This document shows positions 25,680 through 40,030 of a DNA stretch of 64,000 bases, piece by piece. The stretch lies in assembly GCA_964016885.1 (NCBI GenBank), contig OZ024743.1, positions 292,020,001-292,084,000 on the forward strand, written 5' to 3'. The position numbers and the translations under genes are program-made. A model generated the notes under the pieces. It worked only from the letters and a program-made list of their open reading frames with translations, did no database searches and was not told the origin of the DNA. This DNA comes from Eledone cirrhosa. Lineage: Eukaryota. The first letter of the stretch is position 1. Each line of letters begins with the position of its first letter.

Positions 25680-26930
25680 CTTTCTATTAATCCCTTCTTC
25701 CATTCAACTTCTTTATGCAAGAAAAATACTGCATTCATTTAGAGACATCGGGGCAACAAGATGCTGACCATCGATATCATGCTCCTGCAGAACCTCTCTG
25801 AAGAGAGAACCGCAGATAACTTCCTGATAGCATGCATGTAGGGGACATCTTATTATGAAGTCGGCGGATGGTCTAACAAAATACTTTATTTTCTGATCTT
25901 CAGTCAGATTCCAGCTTGACCCCAAGGTCTCCTATGTCATAACTTTGGATTCTTTTACTGTCTCTGCTGTGACTTTTCGCACCCGTTTGTACCACAAATG
26001 GAGGATTTCCAATCCAAGATTTGTAAAACTCCTTCTTTATTCGGAAGACCTCTTTGACTTCTTGATTAAACCAAGAGATCCTCCTCTCACCTGGCTCCCC
26101 TGGAAGTCGCTTTTAAAGACTCGCAGTATTTAATAGGTGAAGCAGAAACATCTGTGCTAAGCTGTCTGCACTTTGTTTCAACCTCCTCAGTGTGTTCAGT
26201 TAGTTATCTGAATATGGTTGCAATATCTACCTAGTCCTAACTTCCTTATCTGCCAGCTTTTCCTTAATTTATTCTGTACGATGTCTAGAAGTGCCAGTTG
26301 TATGAGCCCTCTAGTCTCGTGTTGCAGATAAATAGATTATGACTATTTGACAGCTCGGTCTTTCACTTAATGCGAACATTCAGCACGAATTGAAGAGATC
26401 AGAGTTAATAACAAAATCAGTCATTGATCGTTGTCCTCGATTCCTTTTATACCGTGTGTATTTTTGGATGTCTTTGTGCTGGAAGAAGTTGTTCATAATA
26501 GAGAGCTCCATCTCTCCCAGTAGTTTACCGCTGTTAATTCGGGGTTACTTATTCGTCCGGCAGCAGCCTGCTTATATCGCGATTATCCATGATATCTGGT
26601 GGTCGTATCGCTATCCGACACCTGGAACCTGTTATCCAGCACAACAGCTCTGTTGTGAATTTTATTCAGCACTTCCTTCTTTAATCTTGTGCCTTTTCGC
26701 TGATCGCAACACTTTTTGAAGCACAGCTTCTCCCAGTGTGTAGCTGTTGATGTCAACTTAAATTATTTTCTATTTTTTAAAACTATCTTATTCACATCAA
26801 GTTTCGCAGAAGTGTTTCAAAACATTTTCTCTATTATGATTGCTGATAGGATTTGCTTGATGCCCTCCTTCATTTGCCAGAGGTTATCTTTTATATTTGT
26901 GTTATGTGTACCCCTTCGTTTCACAACTAG
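25680..26930 (-). pseudogene. Highly decayed RTE-like LINE fragment
   Basis: Minus-strand peptides ELSIMNNFFQH and RSMTDFVITN (AP-endonuclease-like), plus an RT-like piece at 25713-25925. Confidence 0.55.
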
Positions 26931-28479
26931 ATGAGTAGAACGCGAAATGATGACAGACTTAATCGATTTTTTATTACTCTCAATTATATATAGTATATTT
27001 TCTAGGTACTCTTTTTCTTAGGTTTCGCATCGTGCGTCTTACTCTATTAGACTTAGCCGGATATTTCACAATACATTTTTAATCCACTTACTTAGATAAT
27101 TTAGCATGGTTGTATTTGAGTTAAGTACTATGTAAATAGTTTATCCTGTAAACCTCTTGTTTTGTCTATGTGCTTTGGTTACGCACAGAGCTTTCGTTTG
27201 TTCACTATCTTTTGTTTACTCGTAATATGTGTGCATTGCGTAGTAATCCTATTTTTATACGTTGTGTAAGTACTGAATTTATAGTTATGTATTACTCGGT
27301 ATCATTTTAACATTCACAAATCATTCACCATGTTGTGATTCTTTCTATTTCTATATCTCTGCATTTGAATACTTTTTCCATTTATTTTAGATATGTGCTG
27401 TCATTTGTTGGAATCAATACATCGAGTAAGAGACAATTCTCATCCTGATATCCTTGACATTAATATCTTGGTCGGTTTTTCTTTAATTCCTTTGTCGATA
27501 AAAATTGGCATATCGAAATGTACGGTCGCTTTGTCATGCTCTGAGACACACTGTAGAGTATATTCTCACAATATTTTTTCTATATAGATATTTCTCAAAG
27601 CTGGCATAATTTCTACTGCGTGAAAGCTCCAACTCTGACACGCCTGTATTTATATTCTCTTTTCTGTAAATCTTGGCAGCCAGAAACAATATAATCGTTT
27701 GCGTGTTGTTGTTTCTGTTGCATTCTCATTTATATTTCGTTAGCTACCATATATACTGTAGATTTGGTATAGGTTTTCCATATAATTTCGCTATTATTTA
27801 ATCGAAGACTATCGATATTTTTTGGAGCAGTAGAGCTGCAATATAGTTGTCATTTTTAGCTGGTGCAATTTTGTTGTTTGTTACTGTAACTACTTAAGCT
27901 ATTTACCTCTGACTCTACTTTTGATTTTCGCTAACCCCTTGACTTGGTCAATACAAATGCAAAGTGGGGAATTGATCATTGATATTAAGAGCTCTAATGT
28001 GTTCCGTTATTGGCCATGAGAAGCAGTCAATCTGTTTAGAATTCAACGAATAACAATTTGACCCTCTGTCGGTTTCGACGATGAACATTCTGTTGTTCGA
28101 TTAACTGAATATCACACTAAAGAATTAACATTTACGTTATCTTCCACAGACTCAAATATACCACACCGAATAAGTGGGTATTTGAATTAGAGGTACAATA
28201 TATCAGACGGTCTTACTCATTTTCCATTTACTCAATTTCACTCAAAAGGCTTGGATAAACACGGAGCTATGAAAACGACACTTTCTAAATTAGGTCAATC
28301 CTCATGAGATCCAGCAAAAATGTTATACACATTTTTATAACGTATATCATATACGTTTCATCCTCCTATTTCTATGTCAACCCTATCAATTTTTGTAAAC
28401 ATCTTCTAATGATCCATCGAAAGTTGCTCATGTGTCCAATACAACAAAGAGGGTTATCAATATCATTATAATTATTAGG

Positions 28480-28660
28480 GTTTGGGATTGGCAGTATAGG
28501 GTCGGACGTCATGCTCTGCAGCATAGAGGAACGTCACTTAACGATCTGAGTTCAAATCCCACCGAGGTAAACTTTGCCTTTCAACCTTACGGTATCGATA
28601 AATAAAGCACCATCAATGCACTGGGGTAATAGGCTGTCCTTGTGCCAGAAGTAGAAATAA
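28480..28660 (+). mobile_element. tRNA-derived SINE
   Basis: GAGTTCAAATCC...AACTTTGCCTTTCA...CCTTGTGCC, the reverse complement of the 24-195 family. Confidence 0.7.
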
Positions 28661-29423
28661 TTGTTATCAGCATCATTCGTATTTGTATTACGTAATTTTA
28701 TTACATTACCGTACCAAAGTTTATGTCCTCTTGATACGTATTTGCAGTGTTACGTTTTGATGTTTTCCCACTGTATTTAACATTGTTTACGGAATATATT
28801 TACTGTGTATAATATATAAGTCACCCACATTGTATATCCAGATTTTATATTTAGATAATTTCTTTTTTTCTTCGTGACATTTGTAATGTAATCTATTGAA
28901 TATGAGGTTTAGCTTTCTTTACTCTTGACTTGCAGCTGTTGTGCGAATTATGGATGTTAGAGTGTCGAGTATTTATTATGTAAGGCTATGAAATATTTCA
29001 TCGTATGCTGATTGTGTGTGTGTATGAGAATATATATATATATATATATATTCTCATACACACACACATATAATGTGGAGAGCGAAGAATCAGTGATGCA
29101 TGGGAATACACTCTATTACGTATTACAATTGTTCCTCCGGCGAACTGCTCGAGGTGCGATCTGTTTGTGGATCGAACCTGACTCTGGATTCTCAAGTTCC
29201 TCAGATACGTCTAGCGATTTCGAAGCAGATCTTCTTTCTGATGGACACCGACGGTTCGAATTTCTATCATCTGCCATCATCCTGTTTGCGCGGACCCTCG
29301 ATTGGTTACTAGCTCGAGACGTAATCTGTGTGTTTCACCATTCAAGTCTGCTCGCTGACCATTTCTATGCAGGCAGCGTGAGCAGTCACTCATCTTAATT
29401 CTTTCACCAGAAAGTACTGGTAT

Positions 29424-29584
<161 letters not shown>

Positions 29585-29624
29585 CATATATATATATACA
29601 TATATATATATATGTATATATATG

Positions 29625-30237
29625 TAGGAGGTGAGTTTTATTGTAGTACAATAACGCAATGCAGATATCGGATAAGAAGCACTCTACAGTTTGTGGACTG
29701 GAGTATGCATAATATAAGATCAAAAGATGGTTAAAGGAGTTCCATATATTTTATTCTGCGCATTTCAAAAACAAACATCATCAAACAATAATATTTGTGT
29801 TTTCATCAGATAAAACAGGAGAACATGATATGAAGGCTAAAAAACACTTGTTGATAGTGCAGTTTTAAATCAACATATGAAAAGTGGTTTTAGATTGATG
29901 TGTGATATTGGGAAAAATATTTTATTTAGAGAGGGGGGGGTTATAAAAACTATCTCTTTCTCTCTATCACCCATCTCTCCCTCTCATCTCCTTCCCTTTT
30001 CATCCTTTTCTCCCCCCCCTCTCTAAATAAAATATTTTTCCCAATATCACACATCAATCTAAAACCACTTTTCATATGTTGATTTAAAACTGCACTATCC
30101 ACAAGTGTTTTTTAGCCTTCATATCATGTTCTCCTGTTTTATCTGATGAAAACACAAATATTATTGTTTGATGATGTTTGTTTTTGAAATGCGCATAATA
30201 AAATATATGGAACTCCTTTAACCATCTTTTGATCTTA

Positions 30238-30240
<3 letters not shown>
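29625..30240. mobile_element. Palindromic PLE-like element (family K); hammerheads at 29749-29815 (-) and 30137-30203 (+)
   Basis: Arms of about 228 bp around a CT-rich spacer. TTTTAT-CTGATGA-AAAC..CAAATATTAT/ATGATGTTTG..TTTT-GAAA-TGCGCA-TA^ATAAAA. Confidence 0.8.
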
Positions 30241-30320
<80 letters not shown>

Positions 30321-30322
30321 TA

Positions 30323-30501
<179 letters not shown>

Positions 30502-30533
30502 CATATATATACATATATATACATGTATATATA

Positions 30534-30870
<337 letters not shown>

Positions 30871-30874
30871 TTTC

Positions 30875-30936
<62 letters not shown>

Positions 30937-30939
30937 ACT

Positions 30940-33830
30940 TTGACTTTGATAACTTTAACTTTGATAGGTTTCGGCGAGTATTGGCCCAGGCCATGTATAA
31001 CTTAATAGCACCATCTGGCGAAGTCTTACAAATCAGTGTTTCGGCACCATGGCCCACTGGTGCAGAGAGTTATTTTTTACGGAGGCATATCCGGGTGTAG
31101 GAGGCTTATCCGGGATTTCTTGAAGGAATTTATCCAAAGACTTCTTGAACTTGATGGGGTCTGTCTCTGCTCTGATGTGTCTTGGTGTAATGTTAAAGAG
31201 TGGAGGGCCAATTGAGGTGAAATAATTGTGCCGATTTGTTATGTGATGCGTGAGATTTTTGTCGTGGGCAGATACTACGCGACCCAAGCCTTGGATGTAC
31301 ACTAAAGGTGACGTCAACATCATTTGGGCAAAGCTGATGGAATATTTTCCACATCATATAGATAATGTGCGCTCACGGCGACGCTGGAGAGAATAAAGTT
31401 TCATTTTTTCTAATCGACCCCAATAGTCAAGGCCTGTCATGTCATCTATCCTTTTTGTAATTGATCTTTGTGGTGCTTCAACTTTCCTAATACTTTGTTT
31501 CGTGTGGGGTGACCACGGTGGACAACACTATTCAAGGTGGGGGTCGGGCAAAAGTGGAGAATAGAAGGATAACAGTGTGGATATCTCTCGACTGGAAAAC
31601 TGTAAGAATCCAGGAACACATTCAGCGGGCGATATCAACTTTGTTGTTTATATGAGTGGCCCAGCTTATGCTGTTGTCCACAATTACTCCCACGTCTCTG
31701 ATGTTATTGGAGGCCACTAGAGTTTCACCCGAAGGAAGAGAGTATGGTAGTTTTAGGGCATCATTTTTTCCAAAGTGGATTAATTCATATTAATCCTCAT
31801 TCAACAGCATATTATTCATTTCTGCCCATTGGATAACAGCCAGTAGGTCTGACTGAAGGCAAGTTCGGTCACCCACCCCATTGATGACCCTTTGGATTTT
31901 GGAAAAATCTGCGAAGATTCTGATGTTGCTGTGCTTGATGAAGTCAGTAATGTCATTAATGTATATGATGAAAAGAAGTGCGCCCAACACAGTGCCTTGT
32001 GGGACGCCACTGCTGACTTTGGCAGGGCTTAATTTTACTCCTTCGACTACAACATGCTGGGTTCTGCCTGTCAGGAAACATTTGATCCACTGTAGTAACC
32101 TTCCAGAGACACCAACATTGCATAGTCTTTTCAGTAGAATCTGATGATCAACCCTGTCAAAGGCGTTGCTGAAGTCAAGGTAGATGACATCAGTGTTGGA
32201 GCCCTCTCCCAAGGCTCTCAAAACATTTTCAAAGTGATGCAGAAGCTGCGTTAGGCAGTCTCTTCCATTACGGAACCCATGTTGGTTGGAGTTCAGCAGG
32301 CCGTTGCTTTCAAGAAAGTGGGTTATTTGTGATCTCACCACCCTCTCAAATACCTTGATAACATAAGAGGTGAGTGAGTTCGGACGGTAGTTCACTGCAA
32401 GGGACTTATTTCCCTTTTTGAAGACTGGGACAACGGACTGGGACAGAAAGTTTTCAGAAATATAGCCAGTGTCCAGTGAGTTCCTCCACAGATTAGCAAG
32501 AGAGGATGCAAGTTGGTGTCGACATACTTTCAGGACACATGCAGGGAACCAATCAGGGCCTACTGCTGTATTGTGTTTAATTTCGTTTATTGCCGCTAAT
32601 ACATCAGAGGCGCCAGACGTTATGTCTGATATAGTGTGTTGGGGGTTAACATCACTGATACGGCCCAGAACGGCCATATCAGGATTGCTGAAAACAGAGC
32701 AGTATTGTTTCTGCAGTATCTCGCCCATGGTTTTCGCATTGTCCTGGCGTGTTCCATTTTCATCAACTAGGGGGCCAACAGTAGAGACGGTGACCTTGTG
32801 GTGTTTTTTAGCAAATGAAAAGAACACTTTGGGGTTGAGTTTGATTTTCCCAATAGCCCACCTCTCTTCAGCTATTCTCTGGTTATTGATGATAGTCATC
32901 ATGCATTGCTGGCGGTTATATTATTTTGACACAAGCAGGGTGATAGCCATTGAATGTGTGTGTTGCTGTTGACAGTATTATAGTGTGTTGATTTTTTTGT
33001 TTGTTCTTTTTATTTTTCTGAATATTGTTACTTTCTGTTTTGGGGGAAACTGCACTTGGTTTTGTTCACAGGTTTTGGTGGGGTGTGTTTTGTACATATA
33101 TTTGTGACAGTGTCTACAAAGATCTGCCAAGATGTTTTGATGTTGGTAGAAGTGTGTGCGTGTGTAAAAGACCAGTCGACATGTGATAGTTCGTTCATAA
33201 TTGCATCCCAGTTGGCATTGTAGGGATCCATGTTATCAAACGGGTGGGCTGGAGTGAGGACCCTGGGATTAGCTTTCGGCTGATGGAATCTCAGGTTACA
33301 AAGAACCATGTCATGGTCTGAGAGAAGTGTTTTTTCCACTGTAATATTATGTATAGTGTTAGTGTGGTTACTAAACACTACATCCACAATGTTCTTCTGA
33401 TGCCTCGTTGGTGCAAGGACATGTTGGGACAAGAAAAACTCATTCATGAAGTCAAGTAGTGATTCGACAGCCTCTTTGTCAGTGGTTGAGGTTGGGGTGC
33501 CTGGTTTCAAACTACATGTAGACCAATCGACACAGGGTAGATTAAAGTCTCTCATCAAAAGTATGTTGTTTGAATGGCACTGTTTAATAAAGCATTTAAT
33601 ACTGTTGAGGCATTATTTGAAGCAGATTATGGGTATTTGTGGTAGCCTATTGAGTCCAGCTAATGTCAGGTCATTGGCTTTATTGTGCACCGTGACTGAT
33701 TCACAGTAGCCATTGGAGAATGTTGTTTTGCCATCTGCCGTAAAGGAATCATGCAGGAAAATGGTAGTTACACACTTCCTTCTGCCAACACGATCCGCTC
33801 GGATGGTTGTGAAATTTCTCACTCTTACTT
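30940..33830 (-). mobile_element. CR1-clade LINE, 5'-truncated and frameshifted (AP endonuclease plus reverse transcriptase)
   Basis: DFNLP.VDW and SDH (endonuclease, 33028-33558); YRP.SLTS, QHGFR, YLDFS.AFDRV and GVPQGTVLG.LLF.IYINDI (RT, 31790-32902; YADD degenerate to FADF); short (AAAGTT)-type 3' tail. Confidence 0.9.
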
Positions 33831-33834
33831 CTTA

Positions 33835-33924
33835 AATTTATGAATTTAATTTATAATAAATTGGAGTGAAAGCAACTGGTGCGTGTGTTTCTTATTGACA
33901 ACATGACCCTCCCAAAGCATAACA

Positions 33925-33925
<1 letters not shown>
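33835..33925. repeat. Dispersed repeat end shared with 62620-62705 (weaker match at 15820-15850)
   Basis: GCAACTGGTGCGTGTGTTTCTTATTG..AACATGACCCTCCCAAAG..TAACAATA. Confidence 0.7.
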
Positions 33926-33956
<31 letters not shown>

Positions 33957-33983
33957 TCCGATACATATATATGTATACACTTG

Positions 33984-34113
<130 letters not shown>

Positions 34114-34440
34114 GGTGTGTGTGTATTTGTGTGTGACTTCTATTCAAAAATACTCACTATATATATATATATAGATATATATATATATATATATGAATAA
34201 AGTTAGTCATTCATCAGTGATCTTCCAACCATCATTGGTATTTCATCGCTTTAAAGACCATATACCTCCGGTTGGTGCGAGCAACGGCTAAAAAAAGTCG
34301 TTGGGACACGTAAATAAAGGGGACACGAGAGTGTAAACAAACAAAGATGGTGAAGTAACGAAAAGTGAGGAAGAAGGAGTCAAGTCCCAAATTTCAATGA
34401 ATATAAGTTCGGTGAAATCGTGAACGAGAGAGAATAAAGG

Positions 34441-35244
34441 CAGCTTCGGAAGAACAATCAAGCATTCTCCCTTGATTGGCAAATTATTGTTGTTGCTCCA
34501 GCATAATTGCAAAATCACCGATTTTGTAAATTATGCAATATGGAGATATACTGCGTTTTAACGTCGGAAAACAAACTTTTGAACAGCAAAATTGAACGTT
34601 CACTTTACTGTAACCATCGTTTAAAAACGACTTTTTCTTTTTTTAAATGTATATACTGTTATCTTTTTACACCACCATTTGCACATTTTTATTTTTATTT
34701 TTATTTCATATTTTTATATGTTTATACACACGATATGGCTTTTTATAATAATAGCACTAAACACTGTTTTTTAGACCCCTTTAGAAATATCCTGCTACTA
34801 TAATAGCCCCAGTAACTTGTCTGTAATTATGTACTACATTGACCCTTTTAACTAAATTTTGCCCAAACAACACCACTAGAAGAATTTACTTCTCCCGCCA
34901 ACACTAACACGCCTCATTTGGCTAACTGCTGCCAAAACATTTTCTTCTATACAATCTCTACTACTCTGACAGTCTTGAATTCTAAGACTCCCTCCCCCTT
35001 ACCCACTTCCCACTTCCTCTTCCCTTCCTACCTCCTACTTTCTCTCATATCTAGTGTATAAAATATTTTCCTATTATTCTACCATAAAGGTCTGACGAAA
35101 TGGTGTGTTCTCTTACAGTGTACCTACGATTTATGATAATCTTTTTATATTATACAAATAGCGAGGTATAGGTAACCCACACACTATAGAAACAATTGTT
35201 ACCTAATATATTCTTTATACCCGCATTTCCGTTTCATAAACTTC

Positions 35245-35248
<4 letters not shown>
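34441..35248 (+). mobile_element. 5'-truncated Penelope-like element: GIY-YIG C-terminus plus 3' hammerhead
   Basis: 34441-34625 translates QLRKNNQAFSLDWQIIVVAPA*LQNHRFCKLCNMEIYCVL..LLNSKIERSLYCNH (same W..CxLC..E..N..CxH pattern as 14240); ends in (TA)n. Confidence 0.75.
35088..35204 (+). ncRNA. Type I hammerhead with long stem II insertion
   Basis: AGGT-CTGACGA-A-ATGGTGTG...CACACTAT-A-GAAAC-AATT-GTT^ACCT. Confidence 0.7.
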
Positions 35249-35304
<56 letters not shown>

Positions 35305-35311
<7 letters not shown>

Positions 35312-35609
35312 AGATCAAAAGGTGGTTAAAAGAGTTCGAAGTATTTTATTATGCGCATTTCAAAAACAAATATCATTATGGGATGATATTTGCGTTTTCA
35401 TCAGATAAAAGAGGGAGACATGATATGAAGCTTAAAAAACACTTGCGAGCAGTGAAGTGTTAAATCATCATAATAAAATACTTGGAATTCTTTTACCGAT
35501 CTTTTGATGCTATATTATTTTTATACTCCAGTCCTATAAACTGTGGAGTGCTACTTATCCGATATTCGCATTGCTTTATTGTGTTACAATAAAACTCACC
35601 TCCTACACA

Positions 35610-35610
<1 letters not shown>
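35305..35610. mobile_element. Family K element; hammerhead at 35344-35410 (-), sense tail from about 35473
   Basis: TTTTAT-CTGATGA-AAACGCAAATATCAT-CCCATA-ATGATATTTGTTTT-T-GAAA-TGCGCA-TA^ATAAAA. Confidence 0.8.
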
Positions 35611-35669
<59 letters not shown>

Positions 35670-35981
35670 AACGTAAGTTCGTGTTGATGACAATAATAAA
35701 TGTGATGATATGTTGTTACAAGGTAGATCTTTTAATAGATATTGAAAAGTACACTCAAATTGGTAGAAATGTTTACACGAACATAAATAAGTAATTGCTT
35801 GTACGTAGATATGTCCTGAAGTAAACACACATACAATCTTATACACACACGTACAAGTATATATATATATGCTAGTATATATACATTATACCCATTTACT
35901 TATATCTATCCAGCCATCTATCTATTTATTTCTATATATAGGTATGCGTGTGTGCGTAGCTGATTACATATATATCATATA

Positions 35982-36028
<47 letters not shown>

Positions 36029-36029
36029 G

Positions 36030-36615
36030 TATAAGTATGAATACTTACATACATACATGTGTACAGGCGCACAGTAGTATCTATATACATACATGCACAC
36101 ATATATATATGTACGTATGGGTTTACCGAACATTTAATATAATGTTCGGTTTGTTTGTAAACAAACAGCCCGAATTACGCCGTACAGTGCTCGGCATCCA
36201 TCGTCGCCCTTTTGTTCAACATTGACACAGGAACGATATACTAGTTTCGAGCTTATTAGCTATCGTCAGCATCCTATACCTTTCTGTCAGATGATTGAAT
36301 GCCTCAAATATATACTTTCCTTGTGCATATTAACGGCTGAGCAGCCTAATTTGCATATCGAGTGAGTTAAGGGCGACGATGTTTACCGAGCACTGTACGG
36401 CGTAATTCGGGCTGTTTGTTTACAAACAAACCGATCATTATAATAAATGTTCGGTAAACCTATACGTACATATATATATATGTGTGCATGTATGTACATA
36501 TATACATACTACTTTGCGTCTGTACACATATATGTATGTACGTATACATAGTTATATTTAGGTACCAGCCGTACTAAGAGTGAGAAATGAAATTTCGTTT
36601 CGTTTCATTATTTTC

Positions 36616-36620
<5 letters not shown>
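36030..36620. mobile_element. Family B element with internal inversion; hammerhead at 36233-36275 (-)
   Basis: Minus-sense copy runs to about 36369 and plus-sense copy starts at about 36370. CTGACGA-TAGCTAATAAGCTC-GAAAC-TA-GTA. Confidence 0.8.
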
Positions 36621-36689
<69 letters not shown>

Positions 36690-36868
36690 CGATATTAAAA
36701 AATGGAAAGTATATTTATAAAACCATATCTATTTTATTATACATATTTCCACTATACCATGTTAATTTATGGTATTCTTTCATCAGACAAAATACAATAT
36801 ATACCAGTTTTATAAATAAATATTGACATACCCTATCAAAATATTACCGTTACTTTTGGAAGACATCA

Positions 36869-37830
36869 GAAATATATTTCACCAATTAATCGGATGGTAA
36901 ACCACGGAAGTGGAGACTTGGATTTTAAACAAAGAAGAAGTTCCAGCGATCCGTGTTTACACTTCAAGTTCAAATCAGCAACTTTTGTTCAACACTGATA
37001 GTAACACGTGTTATATCTATTAGAAATATACACATCATACTAGCTTCATACCAGTGGCGTGAATAGGGTTATCGAATTGGTGAAATATATTTATTTTATG
37101 AAATATATACAGAGAAGATTAATCATATTATAAGGTATCTATTTTTGAAGTTCTGGTCAACTTTATTTAGTTACCAACCTAGCTATGTGTGGTTACACAC
37201 TTGTAAAAATTATCCCCTGTGATTATTCATGTTTATTTATATGTTAATAAATTTCTAGCTATTATAAAATTCTCGGACATACTCGTTAGAATCTTAGAGT
37301 TGATTTTGCGGGTGATATGTTGCATGGCTTTCTGGCAGGACACCCATAATTTTGATTTAGATTAAATTCATTTGATTTATCTTAATTTTGGATATAGATA
37401 TATAAATGCGGCTCCTTAATTGTAGAGCTAACCCTGTTGAAAGGACTCGACTGCAGTTTCTAGTTGTAGATAACCCTATTCACGCCACTGGGACGAAGCT
37501 AGTATGATGTGTGAATTTCTAATAGATATACCACGTGTTACTGGCCAGTTGCTGATTTGAACTTCAAGTGTAAACACGGATCGCTGGAACTTCTTCTTTG
37601 TTGAAAATCCAAGTCTCCACTTCCGTAGTTTACCTTCCGATTAATTGGTGAAATATATTTCTTTAATGGAATATATACAGGGAAGATTAATCATATTATA
37701 AAGTATCTATTTTTGAAGTTCTGGTCAACTTTATTTAGTTACCTACCTAGCTATGTGTAGTTACACACTTGTAAAAATTATCTCCTGTGATTATTCATGT
37801 TTATTTATATGTTAATCAATTTCTAGTTAT
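36869..37830 (+). mobile_element. Tandem (568-nt period) plus 5'-inverted element with PLE pLTR-like architecture
   Basis: 37075-37262 is repeated at 37643-37830; 36869-37073 is the reverse complement of 37469-37661. No canonical HHR core recognised. Confidence 0.7.
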
Positions 37831-37869
<39 letters not shown>

Positions 37870-37870
<1 letters not shown>

Positions 37871-38751
37871 CTATAGAGTAAAGCACGTCCGAGAATTATT
37901 TGATAATATATATACATCATTTCTACTGCCAATCAGCATAATTAACCACACAAAAATCAATTAGACCAGGCTATAAGAAGAAAAGGCATCTATGAAGAAA
38001 CAGTAAATAATTATACCATTGCGGCGTCTTCGTGCACAACCGCTATAGAATATTTACCCAACATTTCAACACCACGTGGAAATTAATTAAATATACGGTC
38101 AACCATACATAATTAGGTAAAAATTAATGTTAGAAATGCTTACATACATAGCAGGATTATTTCACTAAATCCCGACCGTAGAGTTTCGCTCACTTTTGAG
38201 ATACCTTATTAAGGAAATACTCGAGATTTAGAGCTATTCAGGGGACAAACTCGCTAGGACATATTATTTTTCAAAGTGGCCTCCGCCAAACACGAATTCG
38301 AAATGGTTGAGAACTGTGACGTGGCAGTGGTCAAGTCAGGAAGGGTGTGATTGTTTGCTATGTATGTATGCATTTCTAACCTTAATTTTTACCTAATTAT
38401 GTATGGTTGACCGTATATTTAATTAATTTCCACGTGCTGTTGAAATGTTGGGTAAATATTATATAGCGGTTGTGCGCGAAGACGCCGCAATGGTATATTT
38501 ATTTACTGTTTCTTCATAGATGCCTTTTATTGTTATAGCCTGGTCTAATTGATTTTTTTGTGCGGTTAATTATGCTGATTGGGAGTAGAGATGATGTATA
38601 TATATTATCAAATAATTCTCTGGACATGCTTTACTCTATAGTATTTTGCTCTGATAATTTAATTTATTAATTCTCCATTGAGCCACATCGTGAAGAGTTG
38701 CCAAAACACATATATACCTCTGACTTTGTCTAATTGGTGTATGTGTAAATA

Positions 38752-38760
<9 letters not shown>
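37870..38760. mobile_element. Inverted-repeat element (about 285-bp arms) with hammerhead-like motif at 38170-38245 (-)
   Basis: Arms 37870-38153 and 38355-38642. TCCC-CTGAATA-GCTC...GAGC-GAAAC-TCTACG-GTC^GGGA (G8 mutated). Confidence 0.7.
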
Positions 38761-38806
<46 letters not shown>

Positions 38807-38809
38807 AAA

Positions 38810-39100
38810 CTGACGTTCAATCATCTGGCAGGCAGGTATACGTTGCTGACGATAGGTAATAAGCTTGAATCTAGTACAGCGTTCCTTTGTCAGTGTTGAG
38901 TAAATGAGCAACGATGGTTGCTAGAAACTGTACGGCTTAATTCGGGATGTTTGTTTACAAACACACCGAGCATTTTAATAAATATTCGGTGAATCCATAC
39001 GTACATATATATATATATATATGTGAGCATGTATGTATATATATATATACATACTACTGTACGTCTGTATACATATATGTATGTATGTATACATACTTAT
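38810..39100 (+). mobile_element. Family B copy with degenerate hammerhead at 38840-38882
   Basis: ACGTTG-CTGACGA-TAGGTAATAAGCTT-GAATC-TA-GTA^CAGCGT. Confidence 0.75.
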
Positions 39101-39969
39101 ATATATATATATATATATATATTACATAATTCACAATGATTTGTATTAACTACTATATATTTATATATATATACATATTGGTTTGTGAGTGCGTGTGGGC
39201 GTATGCAAATATAATATTTATAAGCTTAATCGCATTTTTGAAGGTTTTCAATTAGCAAAATATTTCACTCTGTTTAATGCATCTTAGATTTAGCGTTAAA
39301 GTGCTATCTTCATATTTTTAACTATTTATACATCACTACATCTAGACTTCTCAATTACCAAGAAATTGTAAGAGATATAAAAGCTAGGAAGATACCATTT
39401 TATCTAGCTTTCCTGCGGGTTACATTATCTGTCTTAGTTGTCTTGAAAATCATAGATTTTTTCACTTACATTATGTCTGTTAGTTTCCTGCTACCAAATT
39501 ATTCATTGTATTGATGTCTTTCACTTTGTCACCAATTTGGAATTATATGTAACTTTGCTTGCAGTGTCACTTACCAAACTTCAACCTATATATGCCACTA
39601 TGTTAACGATTCTCCATTTTTATGTGTGGATATATAGAAGTACACGAGTGTAAGCCAATATATATATATCATACCAAACACATATACATGCAGTTACGTA
39701 GCACGAATACGGTATCATATAAATAGATTATTTGGCACTGACGTTCGGTTTTGCTTTATTAAATTGGTGTCTACACGACACGCTGGGTAATTGACATAGA
39801 CTCGTGCGTTTACATAACTGGTAAACATTGTTTATCAGGTTTTGTTTTATTTGTAGTGGTGTATGTTACCGTTTTTTCTTAATTAGGTATATTTAATATA
39901 TATCTTTTAATTCTCAATTATAAGTTGTTTGTTGATTATATATCTTTCTATATGTGTGCAGTCATATAC

Positions 39970-40030
<61 letters not shown>

